Below, one piece after another: positions 63,154 to 64,000 of a DNA stretch of 64,000 nucleotides (position 1 is the stretch's first letter; each line of letters starts with the position of its first letter). The notes below the pieces were generated by a model, which had not been told where the DNA came from, ran no database searches, and saw nothing but the letters and a program-made list of their open reading frames with translations. The position numbers and the translations under genes were made by a program. This DNA comes from Pelagomonas calceolata (lineage: Eukaryota). The stretch is from contig CAKKNE010000004.1 of the NCBI GenBank assembly GCA_918797485.1, positions 744,001 through 808,000 of the forward strand, read 5' to 3'.

Positions 63154-63172
63154 CTAGTGTCTTACCGCTAGC
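63154..63172. promoter_or_regulatory. CTAG-bounded upstream motif, short variant
   Basis: ctagtgtcttaccgctagc in the divergent gap 63023(-)/63447(+). Confidence 0.55.
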
Positions 63173-63446
63173 TTGCCATTATTTCGAGGGCTGGAGCTTG
63201 TTGAGCCTGCTGAAGATCTAACCTACACCGGTATAGGTTGATCAGTGGTCGTTAGGCACCGCACTCACACCAGCCCTACGAGGACGCGACTCGTTCGGAA
63301 CACTTCGCGCTGTGTCGGAGCCAGCTCGACTGCCTGTTGCAGCCTCCCGGCACGACGCGACGCGCCGTGGCCACGTGACGCCGTCGCGTGAAAGAACCCT
63401 GGACGCGCTCGCCGCGCTCGAAGCCGCAGCCCGGCCGCCGCCACCG

Positions 63447-64000
63447 ATGACGTCCTGGTGGTGCGCCGGCGGCGAGCCTTATACCGCGTGCGGCCTCTTC
63501 GAAGGTCATGTGGACGCCAACGCGCCCGCGTCGCCGTCGAAAACGACTCACATCGAGCTCGAGTTCGTCGAGCTGCCGAAACGCGACGGCGAGGTCGAGG
63601 TCGAGATGCAGGACATGGGTCAGTCGTGGATGCAGCCTCCGTCGCAACTCCCCTATGCTACAAGTACCGAAGGTGTCGGCGGACGATTGAAAGCGAAACC
63701 CGAGCACTTCCGCGTCACCGAATTGTTGAGAAGTGCACCAGACGGCAAAAAAGATAGGGGCGACGCCTGCCACTACGTCCTCAGAATACGCAGACAAAAC
63801 CGCACGACCGAGTGGGTCCGTAGGAGGTTGCAGGAGGCCTTTGGTTTATCATCCTACAGGGACGTCGGCGTCTGCGGTCAAAAGGACAAGCGTGCAGTAA
63901 TCGTCCAGCACTTCTCCGTGCCGTCCTTCTCGCCGAAATTCGAACGGAACGTGCCGCTCGGCGAGTGCAAGATGCTGGCGCCGTGTCGCGGTGATTTAGA
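63447..64000 (+). CDS. TruD/PUS7 pseudouridine synthase, runs off the window end (not in the ORF track)
   Basis: Manual translation: GGRLKAKPEHFRVTE..GVCGQKDKRAVIVQHFS; first in-frame ATG at 63447. Confidence 0.8.
   Translation, partial: MTSWWCAGGEPYTACGLFEGHVDANAPASPSKTTHIELEFVELPKRDGEVEVEMQDMGQSWMQPPSQLPYATSTEGVGGRLKAKPEHFRVTELLRSAPDGKKDRGDACHYVLRIRRQNRTTEWVRRRLQEAFGLSSYRDVGVCGQKDKRAVIVQHFSVPSFSPKFERNVPLGECKMLAPCRGDL

Overview
GC-rich, very gene-dense eukaryotic nuclear DNA with about 36 protein-coding genes, short intergenic gaps and few short introns. Gene content and intron type suggest a pelagophyte alga such as Pelagomonas or Aureococcus (inference, no database search). No rRNA, tRNA or CRISPR was recognised. 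Structure not visible in the ORF track: (1) At least six short transposon-derived introns (introner-like) share a ~15-bp terminal inverted repeat (CTGTGTGGAAATCAA) and an 8-nt target-site copy that supplies the GT donor; one is present in one tandem paralog and absent from its neighbour. (2) A C-type lectin gene has a C-terminal RTX-like repeat region built from tandem 54-nt-exon/52-53-nt-intron units. (3) Two related TIR transposons with 4-bp TSDs lie in opposite orientation: 2.75 kb with an unknown ORF, and a 0.65-kb non-autonomous element. (4) A conserved CTAGTGTCTTAC(AGG)NCGCTAGC element occurs ten times, always upstream of genes and mostly in divergent promoters. (5) Three tandem, module-shuffled surface-receptor genes share a conserved cytoplasmic tail. 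(6) An intact MYND/RING/TPR gene has an inverted, head-to-head fused pseudogene relative. (7) A dispersed ACGCCATCGACGCG motif forms hairpins near gene 3' ends.
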